The notes beneath the pieces were generated by a model that worked only from the letters and a program-made list of their open reading frames with translations, had not been told where the DNA came from and did no database searches. Positions 9,484 to 19,058 of a stretch of 58,117 nucleotides of DNA are shown here, piece by piece; position 1 is the first letter of the stretch; every line of letters starts with the position of its first letter. A program made the translations under genes and the position numbers. Source of the DNA: a virus (taxonomy: Duplodnaviria; Caudoviricetes); IMG/VR virus record IMGVR_UViG_3300027007_000030, positions 1 to 58,117 of that record. One strand, given 5' to 3'.

Positions 9484-9936
9484 ATGGAAACACGTAGAAC
9501 GACTGGTATGAGCATCCCAGAAGACGAGGTATCGAGCTGGATCGGGACGCCCCGAGAAGACATCCCGGAGAGCATCACCCGGATGTTCGACGCGTTCGAC
9601 TCCCCCTGTCCAGAGTGTAACGCAGACATGGTCACGTTCGCCCCCTCGGACATCGACAGCGAGTGTGTCTGCTTCGCATGTGGCTCCGAGTTCCGAACGA
9701 AGGACGTTGACGACATGGTTGAAGTCGCCGGCCAGAAGGTACAGCAACACATCGAGAACCGGAAAGAGCGAAAGGAGCAGATGGAGGCCGGGGAGTACAA
9801 GCGTAAAGGGAACAAGAACCTCGCGAAGATGCTCACCGTCATCGGGTTCATGTTCTGTCTCACTATCATCGGGCTCCCAATCGGCGCGATCCTGATCTAC
9901 CTGGCGTCACGGATCGCACCAGACCCCGAGGACTGA
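9484..9936 (+). CDS. Zinc-ribbon membrane protein (moron-like)
   Basis: CPEC...CFAC ribbon and C-terminal hydrophobic hairpin; own promoter-like GAACACTTATTA ~35 nt upstream. Confidence 0.65.
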   Translation: METRRTTGMSIPEDEVSSWIGTPREDIPESITRMFDAFDSPCPECNADMVTFAPSDIDSECVCFACGSEFRTKDVDDMVEVAGQKVQQHIENRKERKEQMEAGEYKRKGNKNLAKMLTVIGFMFCLTIIGLPIGAILIYLASRIAPDPED

Positions 9937-9955
9937 GCTTTTCTAACCCTGTAGA

Positions 9956-9969
9956 AAAACTGGTATATA
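9956..9969 (+). promoter_or_regulatory. Putative late promoter upstream of the tape measure gene
   Basis: AAAACTGGTATATA, identical core to the copies at 6664 and 16131. Confidence 0.6.
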
Positions 9970-10078
9970 GGGCAAATCGTCTTCGTTTAGGTAGCCGGCG
10001 GTAGTGGTGCCGCCGACACTGGTCATGAGAGTATCCGCGTCAGTCCCTCCAGAGCGTCTGTTCGAGGTGTCCAAGTAG

Positions 10079-13072
10079 ATGGTTTTCCAGCAGATTCGAC
10101 ACCTGTTCATCACGCTCGACGCGACCGACCAGGCGACACGAAAACTAAAACAGGTCGACCGAACCACGGATAACCTCACACAAACACAGTTAGCGGCGGC
10201 TGAGGCGGCGCAAACATATCGTCGACGGCTTGTCGCAGCTGGGTTCGGTGCGGCGATTCTTACCGGCGCGATGGCCCGCATGGTCGTGATGACCTCTGAG
10301 GTCGACCGGACGTTCGCTCGTATCCAGGGGACCAGTGGGGCGACCGCAGATGAGATGCGTCGGATTCGCGATGAAGCAGAAGCGATCGGTGCCGGGATGC
10401 CGGTCCTCATGTCCGACGCCGCCCAATCCTTCGAACAGCTCAGCTACGCTGGGTTTACCGTCGAAGAACAGCTCGCTGCTGCGAATGCCGTCACTGAGCT
10501 CGCGATCGCCGGCAACCTCGGTATGGCGACGTCTGCTCGGACAGCGGCCTCGGCGATACGCGCGTTCAACATGGAAGCGACGGAGATCTCGCAGGTGACG
10601 GAGACGATGGCGGCGACGTTCACCAACAGCGCCTTCGAGATGGAGGAGTTGACACAGTCGCTCGAATACGCGATGACAACGGCCGCACAAGCGAACCAGT
10701 CCTTCCAGCAGGTGACTGCGGCACTCGGTGTGCTCGCCGACGTCGGCCTCCGTGGGTCGAAAGCAGGGACCGCTCTCGAACGCGTGTTCACTCGTATCGC
10801 CAAGCGGAACGGTGAGGCGGCCGACGCTATGGCGCGGCTGAACGTAACGATAGAGGACTTCACTGACGCAGAGGGCGATTTCTTGAAGCTCAGCGACATC
10901 ATCCAGATCGTCGAGCAAAGAATCGAGTCTCTGGGCGTCGGCGGTGCTGAAACACTGAAGATCCTCCAGGAGATGTTCGGCGCTCGCGGTGGCCGAGCGG
11001 CGGCCGCACTCGTGGCCAACTCCGAGGAGTTCCTCGAGAACATCGGCGACATTGCTCGTGCAGAAATCGGCGCAACGATGGCCATGCTCGACGAGATGAA
11101 CAAAGAACAGCTTCAGCAGGCCAACGCCACGCTGAACATGCTGGTCGAGGACTTCGACAACCTCTCGTTCGACGTGGGTGGGGGAACGTCGACAGCTGAC
11201 TTCCTGAACCAGTTGCTCGCAACTGCACAGGTCGTCGAGGAGGCTGATATGGCCCGAGCCATAGACATGGCGTTCGAAGGCATCTCGACGGAGTCTGCGG
11301 CGATCCTCGCTGACGACATCGTCGCGCTCCGCGAGCTCCAGGCCCAGGCGTCAGCACTCTCGGATTCGGAGCTTCAGCAGCGGGTGACTGAGGAGTTCAA
11401 CCTCGAAGGCGACGGAGCACTCCAGATGGCTGAGGCGATCCGTGCTGGACGCGGAACCCAGTACCTCGCCCGATCCATCGAGGACATGACGACATCTGGG
11501 GAGCTCGCGGAAGCACAGGTCAAGTCTCTCTGGGGCGAGATCGAATACCTCCAGGGGTCGGTCGAGTCGCTGATCCTCAAGATGGTCGGTGGGATGAAGC
11601 CCGCACTGGACGTGTTCTTTGCCGGCGCAAAGGGCCTGCTGGACCTGCTCAACTCGAACCGGGCCGTCGTCAAGGGGCTCGGGCTGGGGATGGCGTTCCT
11701 CACGGCAACGCTCATCGCGCTCACTCTCGTGTACGCGAAACTCGCAGTGTCCGCTCACCTCACGGCCATCGGCTTCTGGGACCAGACCGCAGCAATGAAC
11801 GCGAACACGCTTGCGACGAAAGCCAACTCCATCGCGAAGGGTATCAACGAGGCCGCGTCGCTGGCGCTCGTGCTGGCACAGCTCGCCCTCGGGAGGACGA
11901 CCCGGTGGAACGCCATGCAGCGGCTGGGCTACAACAACATGATGCGTCTGTCGGCGATCCTGAAGGCCAAGGACGCCGCCGCGTCGACCATCCTCGCCGT
12001 CGCAGAAGGCTCGCTCGGCGTCGCTGCTGCGGCGGCCGCGTTCGCTCAGGGACTCCTGAACGCTGCACTCGAATACTTCGAAACCATGACCGTCGTGGGT
12101 CAGATCATCTCGATCGTGGTCGGCCTCATCCTCCTGGGTATCACGATAGCCATGGTGACGGAGAGGTTCATCGGCTTTGGAGACGCAGCTGACGCCGCTG
12201 GTGGTGCCCTCGCCGACATCATGGAACCGCTGAACCCGTTGATAGACGCCATGTGGGTCCTCGTCGACGTGACGGCATGGACGCTCAAGCTGATGTACGA
12301 GGTCACAGCCCTCGGCATTGTGTGGTGGTTCCGACGCTTCGGTGAGACGATCATGTGGGTGGTTGACCGGATCGTCGACTTCTACGTGTGGACAGAAAGC
12401 CTTGGGCTGGTCGGGAAGGCGGTCCTCGGTACGTTCTTCCCTGTGTTGTGGCTCCTGTGGGGACTCTCGTGGGCGCTCGAAGTCGCAGGCATCCACATCG
12501 AAAACCTGGCCGAGCAGTGGGACTGGTTTACGATGGTGATGTCCCGTGGCTGGAAGCGTCTCGGTCTCGCGATCGGTGACGAGATCCGAAAGATACTGGG
12601 ATGGCTCGGTATCGCCGGCGACGGCTTTGATACCTTCAGTGCCGACGTGAACGAGACGATCGGCGGCATCGCCGACTTCCTGCGCGAGCTCTCGACCATC
12701 AAGTTCTGGGCCGACGCCCTGAGAGACCTTGGTCGCAACGGCGGGGAGGCGTTCGTCGATGGGTTCGTCGAGGGTATCAAAGCGACCATCCCCGGTATCG
12801 ATATACTCGACGGCCTCCTCGGGGGAGGTAGTGGCGTCGGTATCTCTGGTGGCTTCAGTAGTGGTGTCGCAGCCGGGACTGGCACTGGTCGACGCGTCAC
12901 CCAGCAGAACCAGAACACGATCATCTTCGAAGGAGAGGTCCACGACGCGAAAGAGGTTGAGAGAATGGTCAACCAGGGCATGAACAACGCAATCGACGAG
13001 GCACAGGACGTGATTCAAGACGGATTAGACATGGCGTCTGACGCCGACATGGACCTGGGAGGGTTGTTCTAA
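10079..13072 (+). CDS. Tail tape measure protein
   Basis: 997 aa, Ala-rich and helical; TP901-type core (GAT.DEM..IR..A...GLRGSKAGTAL); hydrophobic C-terminal half. Confidence 0.92.
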   Translation: MVFQQIRHLFITLDATDQATRKLKQVDRTTDNLTQTQLAAAEAAQTYRRRLVAAGFGAAILTGAMARMVVMTSEVDRTFARIQGTSGATADEMRRIRDEAEAIGAGMPVLMSDAAQSFEQLSYAGFTVEEQLAAANAVTELAIAGNLGMATSARTAASAIRAFNMEATEISQVTETMAATFTNSAFEMEELTQSLEYAMTTAAQANQSFQQVTAALGVLADVGLRGSKAGTALERVFTRIAKRNGEAADAMARLNVTIEDFTDAEGDFLKLSDIIQIVEQRIESLGVGGAETLKILQEMFGARGGRAAAALVANSEEFLENIGDIARAEIGATMAMLDEMNKEQLQQANATLNMLVEDFDNLSFDVGGGTSTADFLNQLLATAQVVEEADMARAIDMAFEGISTESAAILADDIVALRELQAQASALSDSELQQRVTEEFNLEGDGALQMAEAIRAGRGTQYLARSIEDMTTSGELAEAQVKSLWGEIEYLQGSVESLILKMVGGMKPALDVFFAGAKGLLDLLNSNRAVVKGLGLGMAFLTATLIALTLVYAKLAVSAHLTAIGFWDQTAAMNANTLATKANSIAKGINEAASLALVLAQLALGRTTRWNAMQRLGYNNMMRLSAILKAKDAAASTILAVAEGSLGVAAAAAAFAQGLLNAALEYFETMTVVGQIISIVVGLILLGITIAMVTERFIGFGDAADAAGGALADIMEPLNPLIDAMWVLVDVTAWTLKLMYEVTALGIVWWFRRFGETIMWVVDRIVDFYVWTESLGLVGKAVLGTFFPVLWLLWGLSWALEVAGIHIENLAEQWDWFTMVMSRGWKRLGLAIGDEIRKILGWLGIAGDGFDTFSADVNETIGGIADFLRELSTIKFWADALRDLGRNGGEAFVDGFVEGIKATIPGIDILDGLLGGGSGVGISGGFSSGVAAGTGTGRRVTQQNQNTIIFEGEVHDAKEVERMVNQGMNNAIDEAQDVIQDGLDMASDADMDLGGLF

Positions 13073-13615
13073 ATGTCCGTCTCTCCCATGTCGTTCGGGC
13101 CCGGCGGTGGCGGTGGCACGAGCCTCCGCGTTGGCCCGGTGATCCTCGAAAACGCAATCAAGGTCAACGAGTCTGGTGGCATCAACGCGCCGTCCAAGCG
13201 AACTGAGGAGGGGTTCGATTGGACCACAAAAGTCCACGCAGAGCGCCGTACGGCCGAGTTCGAGGCTTGGGCCGAACTGGACGACGTCACCTCGATCACG
13301 TCGCTTCGGGACTCAAGCGAACCCATCTCGGTTGCGTTCGACTTCGTGACGATGGGGAAGTGCAAGATAGACGACCTCAATATCGACCACGAGGCCGCAC
13401 ACCCCGAGCACGTCTACGTTCGCATCTCCGTCAGCGAGGTGTACACGCCGAGTACAGAGACGGCGATTCTTCGTGTATCGTCGTCCGATGGGTCGGTCCG
13501 GTCGTCAGGCCCCGAACTATCGGACCCCTCACTCGCCCGCCCGGAGGAGCGCAGAACGATCGGTGGGAGTGGGTCTGCGATCGACGACGTACTCGGCTGG
13601 CTGGGGTTCGACTGA
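13073..13615 (+). CDS. Baseplate tube-initiator-like protein
   Basis: Follows the tape measure gene; PSKRTEEGFDWTTKVH motif typical of myovirus post-TMP proteins. Confidence 0.6.
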   Translation: MSVSPMSFGPGGGGGTSLRVGPVILENAIKVNESGGINAPSKRTEEGFDWTTKVHAERRTAEFEAWAELDDVTSITSLRDSSEPISVAFDFVTMGKCKIDDLNIDHEAAHPEHVYVRISVSEVYTPSTETAILRVSSSDGSVRSSGPELSDPSLARPEERRTIGGSGSAIDDVLGWLGFD

Positions 13616-13617
13616 TC

Positions 13618-13944
13618 ATGACGTTAGAAGTCATCCCTATAGACCAGGAGAATGCGCGGCGGAAAGAGCCCATGCGTCTGGAAGTCTACGACATCGACCT
13701 GTTCCCCAACGAGCGGTTCGAAGTTACGTTCGACTGGAACGAGTTCATGGACCGGTGGATCGTGACGTTCACCCACCTCGGAACGGATACGAGATTCTTC
13801 AAGGGGCCGGCCGACCTGTATCAGGACTACGCCTACGACGACATCGTCGCGTTCATGTTCATCGACCCGGCGAGACAGGAGACGATGGTCACGCCGCGGA
13901 ACCTGGGCGACACGGTTTGGTTGACCATCCTCGAGGTAAGCTAA
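13618..13944 (+). CDS. Small baseplate protein
   Basis: ATG at 13618 (MTLEVIPI...FEVTFDWNEFMDRW...NLGDTVWL); synteny. Confidence 0.6.
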   Translation: MTLEVIPIDQENARRKEPMRLEVYDIDLFPNERFEVTFDWNEFMDRWIVTFTHLGTDTRFFKGPADLYQDYAYDDIVAFMFIDPARQETMVTPRNLGDTVWLTILEVS

Positions 13945-14801
13945 TGGTCTGGAAGCAATACCGACGGGTAGAAGCGGGGAACGTCTCGATCGAGGAGCTC
14001 GACATGGACATCACGATCGTCTACAGTAAGAGCTCGGGCCTCGAGTTCGACGTGATCATCTGGAACCTCGCCGACGACACATGGTCGCGTATCGAAGAAG
14101 GCGACCCATGTCGAATCACACTCGGGTGGGAAGACGGGCCCACGAAAACAGTCCTGTTCGGGACTATCGAGAAGATGCTCAAAACGCCCGACGAGAACGA
14201 CGTCTCGTTCCGGCTCAAAGGAAAAGACGAGACGGACCGAACGCTCCGCTTTGGCTTCTCGAAGACATACGTCGACAAAACGTTCTCCGATATCGCCCGA
14301 TCGATAGCGGGTGAAATCGGCCTCACTGTCGGCGAGGTCGAATCGACGAGCGCCGGCCCCGAGCGCGAGTTTACCGTCCAGAAGGACCGGCCAGCCCGAC
14401 ACTGGCTCAACCAGTTGATCGCGAAGACACAGGATAAGACCGACACCCCATGGGAGTGGTTCGTCGACGCCGGCAAGTTCTACTTCGTCAAGAAAGACGG
14501 TCGAAAAGAGGAGGCTGTCAGGCTGAGCTTCGAGAACACGTTGATCACGATCGGTGAGTCGGAAGGGGAGAAAGAAGCCGAGCAGTCCGGCCTCGACTTT
14601 ACTGCGCTGTGTGAACCACGCATCCGGAAAGGTGCCGCCGTTGCTGTCGAGACACCGGACTACACGGGCGCGTACAAGGTCACAGAGTACCGGTTCAACT
14701 CGAATACGATCTCGGGTGATCACGAAGTGACTGGTAAACTCGTCCCACTCGGAGCGAGCTACGAAATAGCGCCCGCCGGTGCCAGGGAGTTGCTCAACTA
14801 A
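13944..14801 (+). CDS. Baseplate hub protein
   Basis: ATG at 13944 overlapping the upstream TAA; IIWNLA...ITLGW...LFGTI...EWFVDAGKFYF...EPRIRKG pattern. Confidence 0.75.
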   Translation: MVWKQYRRVEAGNVSIEELDMDITIVYSKSSGLEFDVIIWNLADDTWSRIEEGDPCRITLGWEDGPTKTVLFGTIEKMLKTPDENDVSFRLKGKDETDRTLRFGFSKTYVDKTFSDIARSIAGEIGLTVGEVESTSAGPEREFTVQKDRPARHWLNQLIAKTQDKTDTPWEWFVDAGKFYFVKKDGRKEEAVRLSFENTLITIGESEGEKEAEQSGLDFTALCEPRIRKGAAVAVETPDYTGAYKVTEYRFNSNTISGDHEVTGKLVPLGASYEIAPAGARELLN

Positions 14802-15619
14802 TGTCGGACATCCCTGGGAAGATCAAACAGATCATTCGAGAGGAGCTTCGTGGCGTGTACACGGTATCGATCTGTATCGTCGAGGAGTTCGACGCTGAGG
14901 AAATGCGCGTCAGGGTGAGCCTCAAGCGGGACAGCGAGGCGATCATGACCGTCCCGGTCGCGACACCATTTGCCCAGACTGACGGATACGGCATGGTCGT
15001 CCCCATCGCGAGCGGCGACGAAGGGCTCTTGCTCCATACGAAAGAGGAGATCGAGGACCTGACTGTCAACGCCGGTCACCAGGATGTCGACCTCGGGCAC
15101 GTCGCGTTCGACATCAACGACGCACTGTTCTTCCCGCGGTACTGGAACGACAACGACGACAAGCCCGTCGACGTGTATACCGAGTACAAGAAAGGCGACC
15201 TCCTGATCGCCCACGGTGCGGATACGTTCATCCACATCAAGGGAGACGAACACGACGACCCCGGGACGACAACGATCATGACCGCATCGGGGCCGAAGAT
15301 CACACTCGACGAGACGACGAGCGAGGAAAACGTCACGGTCGAAACGGATAACCTCTCGCTCACTCTCGACGACACACCAGGTGTAGAGAACATCACAGCG
15401 CAGACGGATATGCTCACGCTGGTCCTCGACGATACATCGGGGGCGGAGACCATCACGGCGGAAACAGCGTCCGGGGCCGGCATCAAGATAGAGCACCTGA
15501 GCGGCGTGTTCAAACTGCTCGACAAGAGCGGCCACGGATTCGTCTCTGACGGCGCCGGGAACATCACGGCATACGCGGCGACGTTCGACATCAACGACCA
15601 GAGTACGACCTCGCTATGA
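14801..15619 (+). CDS. Baseplate central spike protein (gpV/gp138-like)
   Basis: N-terminal OB-like VPVATP...PIASGDEGLL...FDINDALFFP, then repeated LTLDDT..E.IT beta-helix units. Confidence 0.75.
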   Translation: MSDIPGKIKQIIREELRGVYTVSICIVEEFDAEEMRVRVSLKRDSEAIMTVPVATPFAQTDGYGMVVPIASGDEGLLLHTKEEIEDLTVNAGHQDVDLGHVAFDINDALFFPRYWNDNDDKPVDVYTEYKKGDLLIAHGADTFIHIKGDEHDDPGTTTIMTASGPKITLDETTSEENVTVETDNLSLTLDDTPGVENITAQTDMLTLVLDDTSGAETITAETASGAGIKIEHLSGVFKLLDKSGHGFVSDGAGNITAYAATFDINDQSTTSL

Positions 15620-15993
15620 GCCTGTACCTGACGCTGATCGGCGCGAACTGCGAAGCCGACGGACATCCGGGTCAGTGTCAGAACCCGGCCCCTGGGACTG
15701 TCCAGTCGACGAGCTCGTGTTCGTTCACGGTCAACGGGACAGAGGTGGCAACAGAAACGACAGCGGATATGCACTTCCCGTCCCACGCCCACGATCACGA
15801 CTCCGAGAACGGGTGTCACGAAAATCAGAGTCACAATCTCGACCCAGACACGGGGAAACTCAGCGACTCGGTCACGGTCAACGGAAGCCCGGTCTACCTG
15901 ACGGACACGGGTGTCGCATCCGACCCGGGATCGGGCGGAGCTATCGATATCGTGGACGCTGGCGGCAACGCGTTTGTCACGGAGAGCCCATAA
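15616..15993 (+). CDS. PAAR-like spike tip protein
   Basis: Cys/His-rich, two TVNG repeats (FTVNGTEVA, VTVNGSPV), directly after the spike gene. Confidence 0.65.
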   Translation: MSLYLTLIGANCEADGHPGQCQNPAPGTVQSTSSCSFTVNGTEVATETTADMHFPSHAHDHDSENGCHENQSHNLDPDTGKLSDSVTVNGSPVYLTDTGVASDPGSGGAIDIVDAGGNAFVTESP

Positions 15994-16064
15994 AATAATA
16001 GATACTTTTACAGTCGTAGTAGTGTAATAGTATCAGACCGCGCACTGGATGCCACCAGAAACGT

Positions 16065-16101
16065 TGTACGTACATATGTGCACGCCCATATGTACGTGCA
16101 G
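16065..16101 (+). repeat. 37-bp imperfect palindrome (14-8-14), copy 1
   Basis: TGTACGTACATATG-TGCACGCC-CATATGTACGTGCA-G; identical copy at 50594, variant at 27105. Confidence 0.9.
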
Positions 16102-16130
16102 CCATTTTGGACCCTCGACAATACCTTTCC

Positions 16131-16145
16131 GAAAACTGGTATATA
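16131..16145 (+). promoter_or_regulatory. Putative late promoter upstream of the baseplate wedge operon
   Basis: GAAAACTGGTATATA 40 nt upstream of the ATG at 16171. Confidence 0.65.
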
Positions 16146-16170
16146 TTCGAGAAGGTGTTTGTACGAGTGA

Positions 16171-16545
16171 ATGGGAGAGTCCGGGTACGGCAAAACATGG
16201 GCCCTGCAAGCTAACGGTGACATCAAGCTCACCGAGCTGAACAGCCCCGAGTTCATCGAGGGGACACGTGCCGTCGTCCAGGACATGAAAGTGACCCTGG
16301 CGACGATTCGTGGAGAAGACCCGTTCGACGAGAACCACGGGCTGGACATGTTCACGGTCGCCGGTGGGTCTGACGAGGAGCTTCGCTTCGCAATCACGGA
16401 AGCACTTCTCGACGACTACTCGGATGTCATTCAGGAGATCAACGAGATCGAGATTAACGACCCCGATGAGAACAGAGAGCGAGACGTCTCGATAGACCTC
16501 ACGCTTGTCGATAACGAACGGTACACCTTCGGGGTAATCGTATGA
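16171..16545 (+). CDS. Baseplate wedge/sheath initiator (gp25-like)
   Basis: L..NGDI...Q.....L.T.RGE.PFD..HGLD motif; precedes the baseplate J gene. Confidence 0.7.
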   Translation: MGESGYGKTWALQANGDIKLTELNSPEFIEGTRAVVQDMKVTLATIRGEDPFDENHGLDMFTVAGGSDEELRFAITEALLDDYSDVIQEINEIEINDPDENRERDVSIDLTLVDNERYTFGVIV

Positions 16546-17828
16546 GCTTCGGCGTCCAGAGTGACGGGTCGTTCAACCGAAAGCACGTCGACGACATCGT
16601 CGAAGACCTCGAAACGAAACTCAAGCAAGAGGCCGGGAACGACATCGACCTCCGCCAGGGTTCGCCGCTCAAGCAGGTCATCGACATGGTGGCCATCGAG
16701 CTTGCCGAGCAGTGGGAGGCGCAGGAAGACAACTACTACGCCTCATACTACGAGGATGCGTTTGGGATTCAACTCGACCGCCTCCTCGCAATCGCTGGCA
16801 TCAGTCGTATCCCACGGAGAGGGGCAACTGGCGAGGTGACGTTCTCGACAGACAGTGTGAACGGCAACGACGTTTCGATCCCTGCGGGGACGCAGGTGAC
16901 GACCGAATTGACCGATACGAAGCCTGCGATACCGTTCGAGACAACCGAGAGTGCGACCCTTCTGGCCGGTGATACAGACGTGACCGGTGTCGAGATCGCG
17001 GCGCTGGAGCCCCACGAGACAAGTGTCGACGAGGAGTGGCTGGGAGAGGAGACGAACGTCGCGGCTGATACGGTCAAAGTTATCTCGAATCCCATCTCGG
17101 GCGTCGACTCCGTGACGAACCCCAACCCTACTGGAGACGTCAACCAGAACTACGTGGAGGGGCGTGACGAGGAAACAGACGCCGAGCTCAAGCTCCGATA
17201 CGAGAACGTTCTCTCGAAGTCCGGGTCTGCAACGCTGGATGCTATCCACTCGCAGATCTACAACGCCCACGAAGACATCACGAGCGTGAAGATGGAGGAG
17301 AACGTCGATCTGGTCGACAACACCGGGTCGGGCGGTCTCCCACCGAAATCGTTCCGCGCAACCGTCCACTACACGGGGAGCCACGATGACGATATTGCCC
17401 AGGCGATTCTTGACTCCCGACCGGCCGGCATCCAGTCGTACGGTTCTCAATCGGCCACGGCCGAAACAGACGATGGGGCCGAGTACACGGAATACTGGGA
17501 CAACTCGACAGAGACAGACGTGTACGTCGATGTTACGGTGACGACGACAGAGACATTCCCCGGTAACGGGAGCGAGCTCGTCGAAGACGAGATCATCAAG
17601 TACATCGGCGGGACCGACAACAACGGGACTGAATATCCCGGCACAGACATCGGCGACGACATCATCTACGACCAGGTGTTCGCCGCGGCCATGCGCGTCG
17701 AGGGCGTCCAGGAAGCCGACTTGACCATCGGCACCTCCGATAACCCCAGCGGGACAGCGAACATCTCGATTGGGACGGCTGAGGTTGCACACACAGATAC
17801 GGGCAAGATCGACGTCACGACGAACTGA
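16542..17828 (+). CDS. Baseplate J-like wedge protein
   Basis: AFGIQLDRL...GISR..RRGATG.V.F; GVDSVTNP...GRDEETDAELKLR. Confidence 0.9.
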   Translation: MSFGVQSDGSFNRKHVDDIVEDLETKLKQEAGNDIDLRQGSPLKQVIDMVAIELAEQWEAQEDNYYASYYEDAFGIQLDRLLAIAGISRIPRRGATGEVTFSTDSVNGNDVSIPAGTQVTTELTDTKPAIPFETTESATLLAGDTDVTGVEIAALEPHETSVDEEWLGEETNVAADTVKVISNPISGVDSVTNPNPTGDVNQNYVEGRDEETDAELKLRYENVLSKSGSATLDAIHSQIYNAHEDITSVKMEENVDLVDNTGSGGLPPKSFRATVHYTGSHDDDIAQAILDSRPAGIQSYGSQSATAETDDGAEYTEYWDNSTETDVYVDVTVTTTETFPGNGSELVEDEIIKYIGGTDNNGTEYPGTDIGDDIIYDQVFAAAMRVEGVQEADLTIGTSDNPSGTANISIGTAEVAHTDTGKIDVTTN

Positions 17829-17839
17829 GGTGAATAGAA

Positions 17840-18469
17840 ATGGCACACGGAGGCTCGACTGAGACGCCCGAAGAACGGCTCGAGGAGAACCTCAAATCGC
17901 CGTACCCACACCACGACGGAACGAACTGGTCGTCGCTCATCAACACGTTCGCGACAGAGTTCACCGCCTTAGAGACGACACGTGACACAGTTCTCGACTC
18001 GGTAGTCGTCGATAGAGCCACGGGTGCTCAACTCGACCGTCTCGGTGAAGTTGTTCAACTTCCTCGCCAGACGAACGAGACGGACCCCCACTACCGGGGC
18101 CGGCTCAAAGTCCAGCTCAAGAAGTACATCGGAGGTGCCACCATAGACGAGATCAAGGAGACGGCGGCGATCTTGCTCGATACGAATGCGAGTGAGATCG
18201 CTATCGAGGAGGATTTCGCGACCGAGGCGGCGCGGTTCACGATCCAGATATCCGACAACGCCCTCGACGAGGCCGAGGTGACAGCCAACGACTTCAGGAC
18301 GTTCGTCGACGAGGTTCGTGGGGCTGGAATCAAGGCGCTGGCCGAGGAGAGAGGAACCTTTACATATCGGTCAGCACAAGATTACAGTAACGGGACAAAT
18401 GACCCGACGAAAGGGTACTACGACTCGACAGACGGCGTCGAGAACGGCACGTACTCGGGTCTACTGTAA
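17840..18469 (+). CDS. Baseplate wedge protein (gpI-like)
   Basis: DRATGAQLDRLGEVV..PR...ETD..YR.RLK motif, after the baseplate J gene. Confidence 0.75.
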   Translation: MAHGGSTETPEERLEENLKSPYPHHDGTNWSSLINTFATEFTALETTRDTVLDSVVVDRATGAQLDRLGEVVQLPRQTNETDPHYRGRLKVQLKKYIGGATIDEIKETAAILLDTNASEIAIEEDFATEAARFTIQISDNALDEAEVTANDFRTFVDEVRGAGIKALAEERGTFTYRSAQDYSNGTNDPTKGYYDSTDGVENGTYSGLL

Positions 18470-18477
18470 CCGAGTAA

Positions 18478-19032
18478 ATGACAATGTCCGAAAACAACAG
18501 AGAAGTAGACGTTGACCTGACCGGCGACGAGGAGCCGGACGCTGCTGGTGGCATCGAGTTGGTCGAGGCTGATGACCTCGCTGACCCCGAGTTCGACGCC
18601 GTCGCTGAGGGGAAAGAGGAGGCCAAGCGCGTTCTCAACGCGGTCGGTGGAGATAGCGAGTACGACCGTGCAACGAGCGCGCTTGTGCAGAAACAGCAGA
18701 GCGTCGAGTCGATGTCCCAGCAGTACGAGACGGCGATTCGTAACATCTCGTCGATGGAGCAGCGAGTAGACGGGCTGGACCTCACGATCAGCCGACTTGA
18801 GGATGTCGACGATGAGACGACCGTCTTCCAGCAACTGGAGGGTGGCGTGATCATCGAGGTCGTCGACGACGACACCGAGGGCGTCAAAGAGAGTCTGGAG
18901 ACCGCACGCGAACAGCTAACCGAACAGATAGAAGACCTGCGCGGACAGTCCGAGGCGCTCGAACGCGGGGTGCAGAAGAACCACGCCGCGATCCAGTACC
19001 TCGAGATGTACCGCGACATGAACGAAGAATAG
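18478..19032 (+). CDS. Prefoldin beta-subunit-like protein
   Basis: Coiled coil, then LEDVDDETTVFQQLEGGVIIE hairpin, then coiled coil, as in archaeal prefoldin beta. Confidence 0.65.
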   Translation: MTMSENNREVDVDLTGDEEPDAAGGIELVEADDLADPEFDAVAEGKEEAKRVLNAVGGDSEYDRATSALVQKQQSVESMSQQYETAIRNISSMEQRVDGLDLTISRLEDVDDETTVFQQLEGGVIIEVVDDDTEGVKESLETAREQLTEQIEDLRGQSEALERGVQKNHAAIQYLEMYRDMNEE

Positions 19033-19058
19033 CTCGCTAACAACGACCCACTCCAAAC

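Noticed and set aside
9990-10078. Possible tRNA or ncRNA before the tape measure gene
   Set aside because: Only one hairpin (CGGCGGTA/TGCCGCCG) is evident, with no cloverleaf or acceptor stem. It is at most a structured leader.
525-13018. Long minus-strand ORFs (e.g. 525-1643, 1622-2815, 11351-13018) and many similar ones across the window
   Set aside because: They are antisense shadows of GC3-biased acidic + strand genes (V/L/R/G-rich translations) with no recognisable motifs.
18544-18551. E. coli Chi sequence GCTGGTGG inside several copies of the 11-mer repeat
   Set aside because: Many copies have A or T instead of the required base (e.g. CCACCAGAA), the conserved core extends to GCATC, and archaea lack RecBCD. 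Likely coincidence.
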